Source of the DNA: Klebsormidium nitens
Lineage: Eukaryota > Plantae > Klebsormidiophyceae
Direction: 5' to 3'
Assembly (NCBI GenBank): GCA_000708835.1
Contig: DF237179.1
Location: forward strand, 70,066-134,065
Length of the DNA stretch: 64,000 bases
The notes below the pieces were generated by a model. It had not been told where the DNA came from. It made no database searches and saw nothing but the letters and a program-made list of their open reading frames with translations. How positions within the stretch are numbered: the stretch's first letter is position 1; every line of letters begins with the position of its first letter. A program made the position numbers and the translations under genes. Below, one piece after another: positions 38,201-50,338 of the stretch.

Positions 38201-40072
38201 TTCGTGAGCCTGTTCTGCTCGTCGGAGCTCTGCCTGATTTTGGTCTTGATGCTCCCGGGGGAAGCGGGCACGTAAGAAGGGCCGAGAAAAGCCACTTACA
38301 AGGAATCTGGGGACTCCGATCCCCGAGGTATAATTTTGAGGAGACCACGAATCTTTTATGTGACAGGTTTATTGAAGTTTGGGTTCTTGGTCTAGCCACT
38401 GAATCTGATCAGACCCCTCGAGCTGAACAGGTCGCCGCTAATGGTTATATACGGAGAACCCACTTGACTTTGTGGAGTTTCATCCATTCCGGTACACACC
38501 AATTGAGAGTAATAATGTAACATCTTCATAGAAGCGACATTGTTCTGCGAAAATGCTACATGCGGATGAAATGTCACCTTGTACGTATGTGAATTGTTGA
38601 GAAAGCAGATCGGATCTCTTACTTCCAGGGGAGAATGGCTATTATTTCCATTATGGTGTACAGGGTCTCCTTGGCGGGTGTCCAAGCGCTGACATCACCC
38701 AGCGTCACTACCGGCAGCGTCCTGGCCCGCCTGCAGACGCTGAGCCTCCGGGCAAACAGCCTCCCGGACACCGCCACGTGTCTCCTCGTGACGTCACTGC
38801 AGAACGGCTGCCAGATGCAGGTGATCGCGCACACATCTACTTTGGTTCGTTATGCTATATGCCTCGGTTTTGAAATGAGTTCTCCACTTTTTCACGTCAT
38901 CAGACCATTCCTCTTCCTTCTTTGTCCGGAATATCCAAAATGATCCTCACGGATATCAATACAAGCTCGAAACGTCTTGATTTCGGTCGTCTCGTTTTGA
39001 GTGGACACAAGACAAATTCAAACCAAAGGTCCGAGCGACTGCCGCTGAATCCCCAAGAAACGGCAACTCCCCTCGCGTCCTGCAGGGTTTGGACCTGGCT
39101 GACAACGGCGCGGCCGGACGGACCGCGGCCGCGCTCGCGGTTCTGCTAGGGGTTAACTCGACCCTGCGAACCCTGGACCTCTCGTGGAACCATCTGCCGG
39201 GAAACACCGCCGCAGTGTTGGCGGAGGCACTGGCGGGCAACAAAACTCTTGACGTGGTGAGTTGGGAAGAGTAAGAGCGGAACGGGAAACGGACGAGGAA
39301 AGGTGGAGCTGTACGGAGGAAGCGCAGGTCACGGATCCTTGCGACCGGTTGTCTGTTCTTGCCCTCGTCGCTCTTCTTCAAAGCATTTTTGACATTGGGC
39401 GTGCCCGGAATATCAATTATCGGGAGCCCAAATTTTCGTATTACTTCGACGCAAAGCCAGCAGGGTCACCGTCAAAGTTCCTTGACTTGTACCAATGGAC
39501 CTCAACGCAGAACCTCCAGTCAGTTCCTTGACTTGTACCAATGGACCTCAACGCAGAACCTCCAGTCAGTTCCTTGACTTGTACCAATGGACCTCAACGC
39601 AGAACCTCCAGTCAACACCGTCGTCGTGTCAAAAAGTCTTGTCCTCACTGCGCGATTTAAAAGTCGCATACGCGATGGTACGCGCGATTGCACAAGTGGC
39701 GCAGTTCGGGATGTAGGGAGCAAATCAGGGGTCCCGCATTTGCATAGCGTCTTCCGGCTGAAAGTTCTGCACGGTTACGTAACAGGCTCGAGCAACCCGT
39801 GACGTTGAAAACGACGGCCGTCAGATTTCTGTGAGAATCTTAGCGAGTTAAGTTCCCACCTTGTTCCTCCATTCTGTTCCTCGCAGTTGAAAGTGGCTCA
39901 TAACAGCATGGGTGCGGCTGGCGACGTCGCCATGAAAGAGTTGCTGGATAGACGCCGGCGGACTTCGCTTCCGGCGGATCAAGCACCGCGGCATGACGAA
40001 GCAAAAGAGATAGTTGAAAGCGGAAAACCGTTATCAGGCGGAACGGCGCAAGAGCCAGCTGTCGCTTCCTAG
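32265..40072 (+). CDS. Large protein with ~870-aa disordered S/R/P-rich exon and C-terminal RNI-type leucine-rich repeats; start upstream of or at 32268
   Basis: Phase-compatible exons 32265-32474, 32948-33049, 34056-36661, 37097-37415, 37958-38142, 38664-38820, 39086-39256, 39887-40072. LRRs: LRALNLAGNQI, LQDLDLSSNRV, LQTLSLRANSL, LDLADNG, LRTLDLSWNHL, LKVAHNSM. Confidence 0.8.
39477..39614. repeat. Perfect 3 x 46-bp tandem repeat in the last LRR intron
   Basis: Unit gttccttgacttgtaccaatggacctcaacgcagaacctccagtca, three identical copies with no spacers. Confidence 0.95.
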
Positions 40073-41654
40073 TTTTTTCTGTCGTCTAGTACTTTGAGTA
40101 TCCAGCAGCGAGATCGGCGATGTAACGGTTGGTGTCCGGCAGGTACAAGATGCAAATAATATGAGTCAAAGAATAAAAAAGAGTCAACTCCACGATTGGC
40201 AAAAAGTCTGCACCAGTCGTGGTGCACGTATCGAGCCATCTTGTGACATCTTTGGAGGTTGATTGAAATGTCGCAAAAATATCCGGAAAATCGAAGCAGT
40301 CCGGAGAGTGCTCGCTATGCTGATGCACCTAGGACCAGTTGCTGAGGCCAATCGAAGCTCTGCTGCTGACGCCAGTCTAGCGTGCGTGCCTAAATATGTA
40401 TTTCTGGGGAACTTCGGTTCAAAAATCCGGCCATACGTCTCGACTCTCGACGAAGGGGAATGCAGACTTCCTCGAGATGAAATATTTCAGTGTACTTTAT
40501 GGAGCACGCTCGGAGCAGGCCATGAGCTAGTCCAAAACGGCATCATGTAGTGCCCGCCTGCCTCTGTGACACTACAACAAAAAACTTAGATACTGGATGT
40601 TTCGTTCGAAGTGACTATCGATAAGCTGCGAGCCAAGGCCTGATGTGCCTGAAAAGGACCAGAACCGTAAGGCGAGTGCGTATAAAACGGTTTTCAAGGC
40701 CTCAGCGCCAGCTATGCGTGTTTACCAAGCTTTCAGAAAACCTCTCCTTCTTGCTGTCTGATGATGTATACACCCAAGGACCAACCGTTGGTCCTTCAAG
40801 TTGAACGGAAGGCCGCTCTATAGTGCTCTACACAAGGCGCAAGGACTCAATCTATACAAGACAGCTGTGTCGTACTGTCGAACCTCTCATTTTCAGTTAA
40901 GAGTTCATGGGATCAAGCTTGCGCCAGTGCTTTCTGCAAGATCGAGCGTAGTATTCCCGATAAGGCCTAAAAACGATGCTCATTTGGACAAAGTCAATCG
41001 GCACGGTGTAATCAAGGCTATTCGCCACTTAAGACGGTTAGCTTCTTTCGACAGCGAGCCTAATCTGCCTCTGCGCTAAGTCAACAGGGGATGTTCCAAT
41101 AGCATTTGCTTTAAGGCTCGGCCGCAAGAGCTAGAGAGCCGTCGCGCGCCGCGCCCGCGTCTGACATATGCTTCGGCCAGGCCGGGCGGCAGCCGAAGTC
41201 GATTCGCGGCCGGCCTGCCGCTTGCATGGACCCTGCGCGATCATCGCGCCGTCCAGACGTGGTGTTGACAATAAATGTAAATCTCGCAAGAGAAAGACGA
41301 ACTTCAATTTAAATGTCTGAATCTTAGGAGTACTTGGATGCAGCTGGGTGCAGCTGCAGAAGTCAGGAAGCAAGCGCACAGGTCTGGCTTTGCGCTTGTG
41401 GCGCTGCACAAATGGTGCGCTTCAACCAGCTTGCAAACGATGGCACACTCTGCAGCTTGATCAAAGGAGGGCGGGCGCTCTGGAGCATTTGATTTGTCAC
41501 TCTTTCAGTCACGTCAGGATTTAAGAAGTGGACAAAGCCTTGAAGGCCTCGAGCTTCGAAAGTTTCTGTGACCTTGGACTAAATTTACTTTGTCAATTGC
41601 AGCCTAGTCAGTCAGCCCTCAGTGGGTGCATCTGCACAGCCATCAGTTTTTCAG

Positions 41655-43567
41655 ATGGACGAAGACTTGGACAAGTTCGTGGAACAATATGCTGCCATGC
41701 TTAAATCAGGTCAAGATGAAACGATTGTAGAAGTGCACCAAGCGCTGGGGGAAGTGTACTTCTCAGGGGAGAAAGGGAGAGAGACATTCTCCAAGATTGC
41801 TCAAGGGCTTGCAGCGTATCAGAATGGCGCTTTTCTGAAGCCCCTCCTGTCTGGAGCTCTCTTTATGTCTGAAAGCGACGACCTGGACGCAAAGGTCTCT
41901 CACTACAGGGCCTGCTGCTTGGCGGTCACCATTTTGACATCAAGCGAAGTTGTAGTCAAGAAGTTTCTGATGGGAACAGGCCGGATCGAAGATAAGCAAA
42001 CTGCGTGCCTTATTTACCGGAATCTAACCACCAACGCGTTGATCAGGGCACAAGCTCTGGAAAAAGGACAAGATAGTGCTGCAGTCCTCTGGGTTGTCTT
42101 GCCTCTAGAGTGCTTGGCCAAGTTTATCCGAGGTTCTAGAGTTTTCCGGGACGCCATGAAGGACATCTCAGAGGAGCGGAACATCTTTGAGACACTTGGA
42201 TATTTCCTGTCCGCAGAGTTCCTCACCAAGGCTGGTCAGGAGAATGCCGCTGCAATTAGAGGCTGGCTGTCAGAGATGGCGGCCTCGCTTGCTTTCTCAA
42301 AAGATAGCCAGCTTTGGGTGCTAGACATGGGGCTTCTCAAGTTGATGGCAGCTATCTACGACAGCACACAGTTGCAGAACCTCTTAGACCACATGAAGCA
42401 GACCGACTCTCCAGTCTTTCGCTGCAACGCGATCCTCATCCGTTTGCTAGAGAAGGAGGCCACGTTAGAGAAGCTGCGAGCTCACAATGCTCTGGCAGGT
42501 TTCAGGCCCCACAAACGGAAGATCAACAGTGCGGATCCGCAATACCGGCCGTGGAGCTACTTCGAAGCAAGACTCTCAGGACGGCCTATCAATATGGACC
42601 AGATGCGAGCAGAGGATCCAAGCTGGAGACCTGCCTATGATGTCTGGGAGCTTATGCACCAGCCGAGTCGGGGAAACTGGGCTCCGGCCGTCTGCTCATG
42701 GAAGCTGTGCACGGCAGGCGCCGAGCCGGAAGGTGACGGGAAGAAGTACGGAAAGTGCGCTGGCTGTCAAGTTGCCCGCTACTGCAGGTGATCCCCGAGT
42801 ATCTCATGCCACTTAGACGATTTCTTTTTTTCAACGCACAGTGACTCTGTCGGCTTCTCCTCTAAAGCCACGTGCTCTCTTTAAGCATCTTCGCATTCCA
42901 GGTCGCTCGCCATTTGAAATTCTTCGCTAGGACTGATGGGGAAAAAGGTGCTGCAATTCAAAAGTTTTCTGGCCCTTCGATCCGGATTCTCCGCATTTTC
43001 GCTACATCCATGAAATTGAGATTCTGAGATTCTGAGATTTTGGGTTGTCATCTCCTCTATCCGTCTGTGTTCAGCATATTGGATCCAGTAGATCAGTTGG
43101 CCCGGTAAGCCGCTGCGATCGGACACTCTCTCAGCAGAAAGTGTGCCGGGCTCTGCTTGCTCGAGGTTGCTCGGTCCTTTTTGCTGCTTTCCTTCAACTT
43201 GCTTAGGTTGTTGTATCACCTTTCATCACATAGGAGCTCTAACAGCCCTTGAATGTTCTGTGATATCTTTGGACTCTACTGACCCTTTCATATGTTGCAT
43301 CGTCGGTTGGAAGTGTGATGTCAAAGGTAAATGAGCCGTTCACATCAAGCCTGCATTCGTCGGAAGTTCTGGTATCTCAGGTCTGAATTCAAAGAACATC
43401 TGAACCTCAAGTAAAGCAGACAGTCCGCACTCTTATGCAGCAAGGAGCACCAGAACCTGCACTGGCGAACCCACAAGATCCACTGCCAGGCGGGACGGGC
43501 AGCAATTGCGGGTCCGGAAGAGGAAAAACAAAAGGAACTGAGGGATCCGACAAGCAAGGCGCGATAG
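41655..43567 (+). CDS. Helical-domain + MYND zinc-finger protein, copy 1 (intact)
   Basis: Exon 41655-42787 (MDEDLD...CSWKLC...KCAGCQVARYC) joins in phase 2 to 43441-43567 (SKEHQNLHWRTHKIHC), completing the MYND Cys/His pattern. Confidence 0.85.
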
Positions 43568-43694
43568 TACTGTTCATGCTTTCGGCCAAGTAGAACGCCC
43601 CGTTCCTGCACCCGTTCCTGTTTTGCAGGAGAGGAGAATCAGAGGGAGCAGTTAGAGGGGAATTGTTCTGACAGCGCACTCGGTAGCGCAAAGG

Positions 43695-43816
43695 GGGCCC
43701 GTATAGAGGGGGTGAAATGATGACTACGTAATTCTCGAAGTCGAAGATGCCCGAATGCGTGCCAGATCGGGCATCTTCGTAAGAGTTTATCTCCTAAACT
43801 GAACCCCCATGAGCCC
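43695..43816. other. Imperfect ~120-bp foldback with a perfect 13-bp inner stem
   Basis: cgaagatgcccga (43742-43754) / tcgggcatcttcg (43767-43779); outer ggggg...ccccc arms. Confidence 0.6.
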
Positions 43817-44572
43817 ATTCAATCCAGAAGAAAAACTTTTGCACTCCGGTCAATCTTGAATGCTGGCCACGCGCGCATGAGACCTTGCTTTCAACAGGGC
43901 TTTAGAATGCGGCTTACACGAGCTCAATGACGCTGGCTTCGATCCAATTTTGTGAGCACGGTAAAGGTCTCAACTAAAAGTTCTCAAACACGTCGTTCCT
44001 ATTTCGAAGATTATCATGATACCTTATGCTACCGATTGAACGACAGCTCACCTCGAAGAGTATTTACGAACGTGCACATGCTGCAACTTTCGCATCCATT
44101 ATCATTCGATCGAAGTTCTGCGCACTCTCTCGTAAACGACGGGACGCAGCAAGAAGAGCTGCTTCTTTATGCGCGTGAGTAATCCCGTAAGTCGTGCCAA
44201 CGATTACAATGGAGCTGAGGCGATTATCCTTGTTTTACACCTCACGTAGTAGAATTGGTTGCATACGCTTTTTATGCCGAAATCTCGGGGGCACTACTGT
44301 AGATGCAAATCAGATCGTTTAGGACGTCGTCAACAAAATGCCACCTGGTTGCTCCTGCTTCGTGGCAGAATATCTCATTGGGTCAGCACTCCCTGGAAGC
44401 AATCTGGCGCCTGTCGTTACCGGCTCAATCTTGTACATTAACCAAAAGTTAAACAAGATCTGGACCGTGCGTAAGACTGACTACATCTGACCTTGATTAT
44501 AACAATCCCTTGCTGATCCAATCTTCCTTTCTAGATCTACCTAGGAGACTCGGGTATCCAAGTCTCCGTATA

Positions 44573-46271
44573 TCATTTTCGACTCGCCTGGCAGTGCTTT
44601 TTGTGGGTTGCCCAGTGCAGACGATGATGCTCCTTGCTGCACAAAAGAAAGGACAAGGGAGAACCTTCTGCTCAAAGCGCTCTCAGTCTAACCATGACAC
44701 AGACGCCCGAAACCATGGAAAAGGGAATAAAACGTGCATCGGGGTACAGAGCCTATACGTACAGCACCTTGAACAAGTCCTTCGCCGTCACGTTTCAAAG
44801 TTCTGACGAGAGAGTGACGTTTGAACCATTCAGCTACTACGAAGCGTCGTCAGCTTTACTCAAACAGCAAATATGTAGACTGCTTCATGAGATTTGCTGT
44901 TCACCGTTTGAGCAAGAAGCTCATCGTAGTGGAGTCAAGATGCCTTTTCACACCGTCTGACCCTCAGCGTCGTGCTCGGATATCAAACGCGAGGTGACGA
45001 TGCAGGGAAACGATCAACTCCTTCCCTCCAGAACTAACTTTTTGTCCACAGTCCGAAGGCGATACGAACGAAATCAAACGGTGCAAAAAGATTGAACGAA
45101 TTAGCGAAAACAATACCATCGAATGCTGCAAGGGCCTGTAACGAAGATGTCGTAGTCATTACCTGCAGTAGCGGGCAATTTTGCAGACGGAACACTTGGC
45201 GAACTTCTTCTCGGCGAGGGGTTCCGGGCCTGCCGTACGCTGCTTCCACGAGCAGACGACCGGAACGGAGCTTTTACCCCAATGCCGATTTGACCTTCCA
45301 CTTCTGGCCAGTGCGTGGGTCTTTCAGACTTCCCGGAACGCCCATCAACCTCCGTTCGAAGTAAGTCCAAATGTCAAAGCCCGGGCACGCACTTCTAATC
45401 TTATCTCTGTGGGCCCGAAAACCGGAGAGGGCGTTGTGCGCGCGCAGCTTTTCCAATGTGTCACTGGACTCGAGCAAGCGGAGGAGAACCAAATTGCAGC
45501 GGAACACCGGAAGTTCGTCCCTGAGCTCATTGTCCAAAAGCTGGTCTGTAGGCGATTGTTCGTAGATAGCTGCTAGGAATCTGAGTAGACCGTTGTCCAA
45601 AGACCAGAGGTAACTGTTAGAAGATAAAGCAAGCGTCTTCGCTAGCCTGGACAAGATAAGTCGAATCCTGTAGGCATTGGAGTCGGACAGCTTGTTGAGG
45701 AACTCAGCAGACACGAAGTATCCAAGCTGCTCGAACAGGGTGTTGACTTTCAGGCTAGCCTGCATGCTATCTCGAAAGACTCTTGATCCTTGTGCAAAGT
45801 TGGCCAGGCAATCCAAAGGCGCAACGACCAACAATCTGCCAGCCCTGCTGTCACGGTCATCTCTGCGCTTCAGCTCCTGCGCGCGCTGCATTGCGTCGCG
45901 CAATATTGTCTCGTAGATTTGTTGCGCGCGCTGTCTTTCTTCTCCCTCCGTTCTTAAGAGGCGCTCTATGACGACCTTGTTTGACGTTAGAAGGGCAGAA
46001 ACCATGCAGCAGGCGCCACAATGTTCGTTTGCTTTGACTGCATCTGAGTTTGGTGGCATCCTAGCGCCCCTGCAAAAATGCCGTCCACCACCGCTCCCCC
46101 GTTGCATGCCGCAAGCTCTTGAGCAAGTCTAGCAAACCTCTCATTCCATTCGCTTCCTGGCTGCTGGAAGGCTCTCTCTAGCTGATCAAAGCCTTTTGAC
46201 ATGTCATCTGGCTCATTTGATGTCAGCAAAGCGGCAAAAACTTCGACCACCTCGTCCAAATCCTCGTCCAT
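44573..46271 (-). pseudogene. MYND family copy 2, two frameshifts
   Basis: Exon 46271-45163 has a -1 shift near 46062 and a +1 shift in a G-run near 45278 giving TAA. WKQC is changed to WKQR. Exon 2 is 44636-44573 (SKEHHRLHWATHKKHC). Confidence 0.8.
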
Positions 46272-47106
46272 TTTCACGGAGACTCAGGGCGCACGCACGC
46301 ACAAGCAACCAGCCGGACTCAAAGGCTTCCCCCTGATTGCCCTTTTCGCTTCAAGAGGGAGATGCAAGCCAGGTGCTTTCAGTCCCCTTGTCATACTTGT
46401 GTCCTCTCAGGGGCCGCACAAAATCTTCCCATGGCACACTTGTGCTGAAAGAGCAGATTGAGTTGAAGGCAGGGATTGCAAGGCTCGGCTCATCAGTACA
46501 GATTTGGAGTAGATGGCAGTCGGTGTTCTGCAGAAGTGTGTACTTTTTAGCGCGCGTACTTTGACGATGCAGTGTCCACACTTTAGCTGCAAGTGCAAGT
46601 ATGCGCCAAGCAGTGCCAAGCAACATTCGCCGAGATTGACAGACGTCTACAAATTAGGTAATCAAAGGAGCATGAGAAGCGTCTGTTGATGGACTCCGCT
46701 TTGGGGCCACATGCAGCATGCACACAGGACGCCCAGCCTGCGCCAGCGTCCGCACAGCTAACCGCACTCCTGCAAATTACGTGAGGGTCACACCAGATGT
46801 TAGCCCTCAGTCGCTGTTGGAAAAGAAATGCTGAGGTCAGCAGCAAGGCTTTGCGGCCCTGGTACGGCCTCATGGTGGTTTCTTTCAGGGCTTTGATCAG
46901 CGCATGCACCAATCTAAACCTTCAGTAAGATCAGAGAGAAGGATCACTTTAGAAGCTAGGAGAAGCGCCCTCTGAAGGGTTGGGACGCATAGACCAGGGG
47001 CGGAATCAGCTGAGGCTCCAGGCTTTGCCATTGAGGGACTCCAATTGTGCTTTGAGCCTGGTGTGCATGAATCACTAGCACAAATGCAATAACCCCGCTA
47101 GTGAAG

Positions 47107-48733
47107 ATGGAAGAGGATCTCGACCAGACTGTGGCGAGGATTGCTGACATGCTAAAGTCCCTACATGTTTCTAAAGAAGTTTGGAAGGTTTGCGACCTGC
47201 TACGAGACGTGTCTCTCACAGGTACTAAAGGGAAGGAGCATTGTATAAGAATAATCCAGGAGCTCGCAGCCTACAAAGGGGGCGCCGGTTTTGAGAGGAT
47301 CTTAACGGGAGTCCTTTGGGAAGTGCAGCTGGAAGGGGACTCGAGCGAGGATTACGTCAAAACACTCATTGAGTACAACATGAGCTGCCAGGCCCTAGCA
47401 TCTTTGACCGAGAGCAACGTGGCGGTGGAGCGCTGCTTGAAAGCGCTTGCAAAAAACAAAAGGCAGGTAGCCCAGCACATTTACAAGAGGCTCTCTGAAA
47501 ATGCTTTGAAGGCGGCACGCGGTTACAAGAGAGGATCAGAAGATGGCCCTTCCTTCGAGATGATGGTTGTTGCACCTCTGGAGTGCCTGACCAACTTCGT
47601 ACGAGTTTCCAGGAGTTTCCGGGACGCCATAGAAAACAGCCTGGCGGAAATTAGTATGCCAGAATCCCTAGGGTTCTTCTTGTCCGCTGAATTCCTTGAC
47701 GCTTTGTCGAAGAAGGATGCATTCGCTGTTCAGTATCTCTTTTCCAGCATAGCAGCGTCTCTTGCGCTCTACCCTGACAGCCAAATTTGGGCCCTCGATA
47801 AGGGCCTTCTCAAGATGCTAGCAGCAGCTGTGGGATGAAACCAAGAGGAACGACTCTCCTGTGTTCCGCTGCACCGGAATCCTGCTCCGCTTGCTAGAAA
47901 CGGAGGCCACAGCGGAACAGTTGCGCGCTCACAACGCTCTCGCGGAGTTCTTGCCTCACAAACAGAAGATCAACGGAGCGTACCCGGAATGGAAACCTTG
48001 GAGCTATATGAGAACGCGCTTGGAAGGTCGGCCGGGAAGTACGAAATGGAAGATACAAGGCAAGGTCAGGGGAAACTACGCTAGCATCGTATGCTCGTGG
48101 AAGCAGTGCACGGCAGGCCGCGAGCCATCTTCCGGAAAAAGGTTTGGAAAGTGCGGGGGGTGTCAAGTCGCTCGCTACTGCAGGTAAGCCTGCAACTACA
48201 GGAATTGAGCCCGAACTTGATGCGGTTTTGATGCGACATCCTAGGCAGATTCATCCTCAGAAAAGTCAAAGTAGGTCTGCTCGACGTCACCTGTAAACGA
48301 AATTGTCAAAGAAGGTTGAGGTCAGAGGGTGTTGAGCGGACTTAAGTTTCGCAATTCCTTAGGCTGCATCCTTAAGTACAAGAAAAGGTGAGGACATCAA
48401 CAAGCGTCAATAGGCGTTCAGAAAGTACCAAGTTTGTTCAGCGTTTGCCGATTGAAACGGCTCTCGACAATTGTTCAACATCCCACCTCAGGAATTGAGT
48501 TTGGGGTTTTAACGAGAATGCACGAACCCTCCACTTTCTTCCTCTTCCTAATTCAGAAAACTATGATACGAGCGCGAGGGCTTACACCTGAACATCAGAT
48601 TCACCTCGCCTAGATTTCTGGGTATGCCTCAAAGTCTCGTCTGTCTTTCTGCAGCAAGGAGCATCAGAATCTACACTGGCCAACCCACAAGATCCACTGC
48701 CGGGCCGGTCAAGCAAAGGGTCCGAGTTCGTAG
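47107..48733 (+). pseudogene. MYND family copy 3, 29-bp deletion
   Basis: Relative to copy 4, gcttcacccattcagaagcttcggacaga is missing at ~47835, giving GGA TGA. The downstream frame resumes (FRCTGILLRLL...VARYC). Exons 47107-48183 and 48655-48733. Confidence 0.85.
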
Positions 48734-50338
48734 GGACGAGAATCGAATAGCAGCGGGTAGTGATGTTTCTTACGGAGTGGTTCTCCGCCATTTGGTGTTT
48801 GTATTATGCCAGCAGCACGTCGAGGCCTTTGAATCCTTATCAAGAAGGTTGATTTCTTAAGCAAGAGTCTGCTCGTGAAGCATTCTCGCGTTCGAGGTGG
48901 CCTGCCGCTGCCGCTTGCGCCCCAGGGGACAGCGTTCTGAACGGCGCGAGCTGTAAGATTGCAATGTGTGAATGATTGGAATCTTGTGAGCAGAATGTTA
49001 CCGTATGGCAAGTGTATTCGTCAAGGACTTCAGATCCGAATTCACAAATGCAATTCTCATGCTTTAAAATTGATAGCTCTATACATGATATACATGAAGA
49101 CCTGCGGAACTGAAATTTGGGTTAAATCGAGACGGGGGCATGTTCCGACTTGCATGTGGCGCTGTATCGGGTCGTGTCCGCGATGCCTCTATCAAGATCA
49201 GGCAACTTTGAGTGCAGCAAAGAATCGGGTGCTGATTTTGCCAGCGCAACCTCGTGACAAGAATGTAGCAAATTTGACATACATACAATAGAGACACATC
49301 AAAATTATGCGCTTAACGCTCTCGGCTATGATGGTGGCCATAGCGCTTGCGTCGTCTTGAACTACTATAGCCTATTCACGTCGTAGGCAGACGTTTTGAA
49401 AGCGGCGCTCACAGACAGGAGGAACTCCATGTCAGATATAGTCACTGATTCTACAGTAACAGCAAAACATGCGTGCTTTTGCAAAGGTACTTGGTCGGAT
49501 TATTCAACATGTATTCTGCTTTGCCACATGCCCGCCACACATGCGAACGGGATGCGAACACGCTTGCAGCCCCGTGCTTTCACCCTCCATGTTAACGTCC
49601 TTTCACTAGGGGTCTCACGAGCCTTCCTATTCCGGACCTGGGAGCGCAGATTGACATTGATGACAGGGGTCGAACATAAGTCTCAAGTCGGCTTATCAGC
49701 TTAATGGCAGCTCTGGTGTGACTGTGGATGGCAGCAAGTGTTTTAAAGCAATTTAAAAGAACAACGTTGTCCAACATATGCGCGCGCACATGCTCTGATG
49801 ATGCAGTGTCAAGTTGTGCAGACGTCGAGTCTAAGACTGAGTCAAGCACTGTGCGAAACAAGTCTTGCCTAGCCTGGTCGACAAAACCGCCAATCAAGCG
49901 CCTGCAGAGGGGCCTGGCTTCGGTCCCGGAACGCACGCTTACATGCAGCATGCTCAGGTGCCCAGCCTCCGCAGCTGACCGCACTATCCTGCAAACCCCT
50001 GAAGCTAAGGGCGGGCAGAACATAACAGTCAGGAGTCCTCCAGTAGTTAGCTTGGGTCAGCAGCGACTCTCTGCGGCCGCTTGATGGGCCTTCACTGCCT
50101 TGATCAGCGCATGCACCAATCTGTCAGACCCTTGGTAGAATTATGTAGCGCAGATCTTATCATTAGCGCAGAGGGGCCGCTCAACAGCGCCACTAAAAGC
50201 CTTCTGGCTCAAATATGAAGGGAGAATTCTCGAATTCAAGAGGGTCGAGGCTTTTGCTTTGCATGAGAGGTATGCAATCATGCCGTAAACTTGGCGTGCT
50301 CGGAAGATCAGCATAAGCGCAATCCTCCGTAGCGAAGC

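Noticed and set aside
39477-39614. CRISPR-like direct repeats
   Set aside because: Units are contiguous with no spacers, in a eukaryotic intron, with no cas genes.
40100-41100. Short ORFs downstream of the LRR gene
   Set aside because: No domain signal or splice chain.
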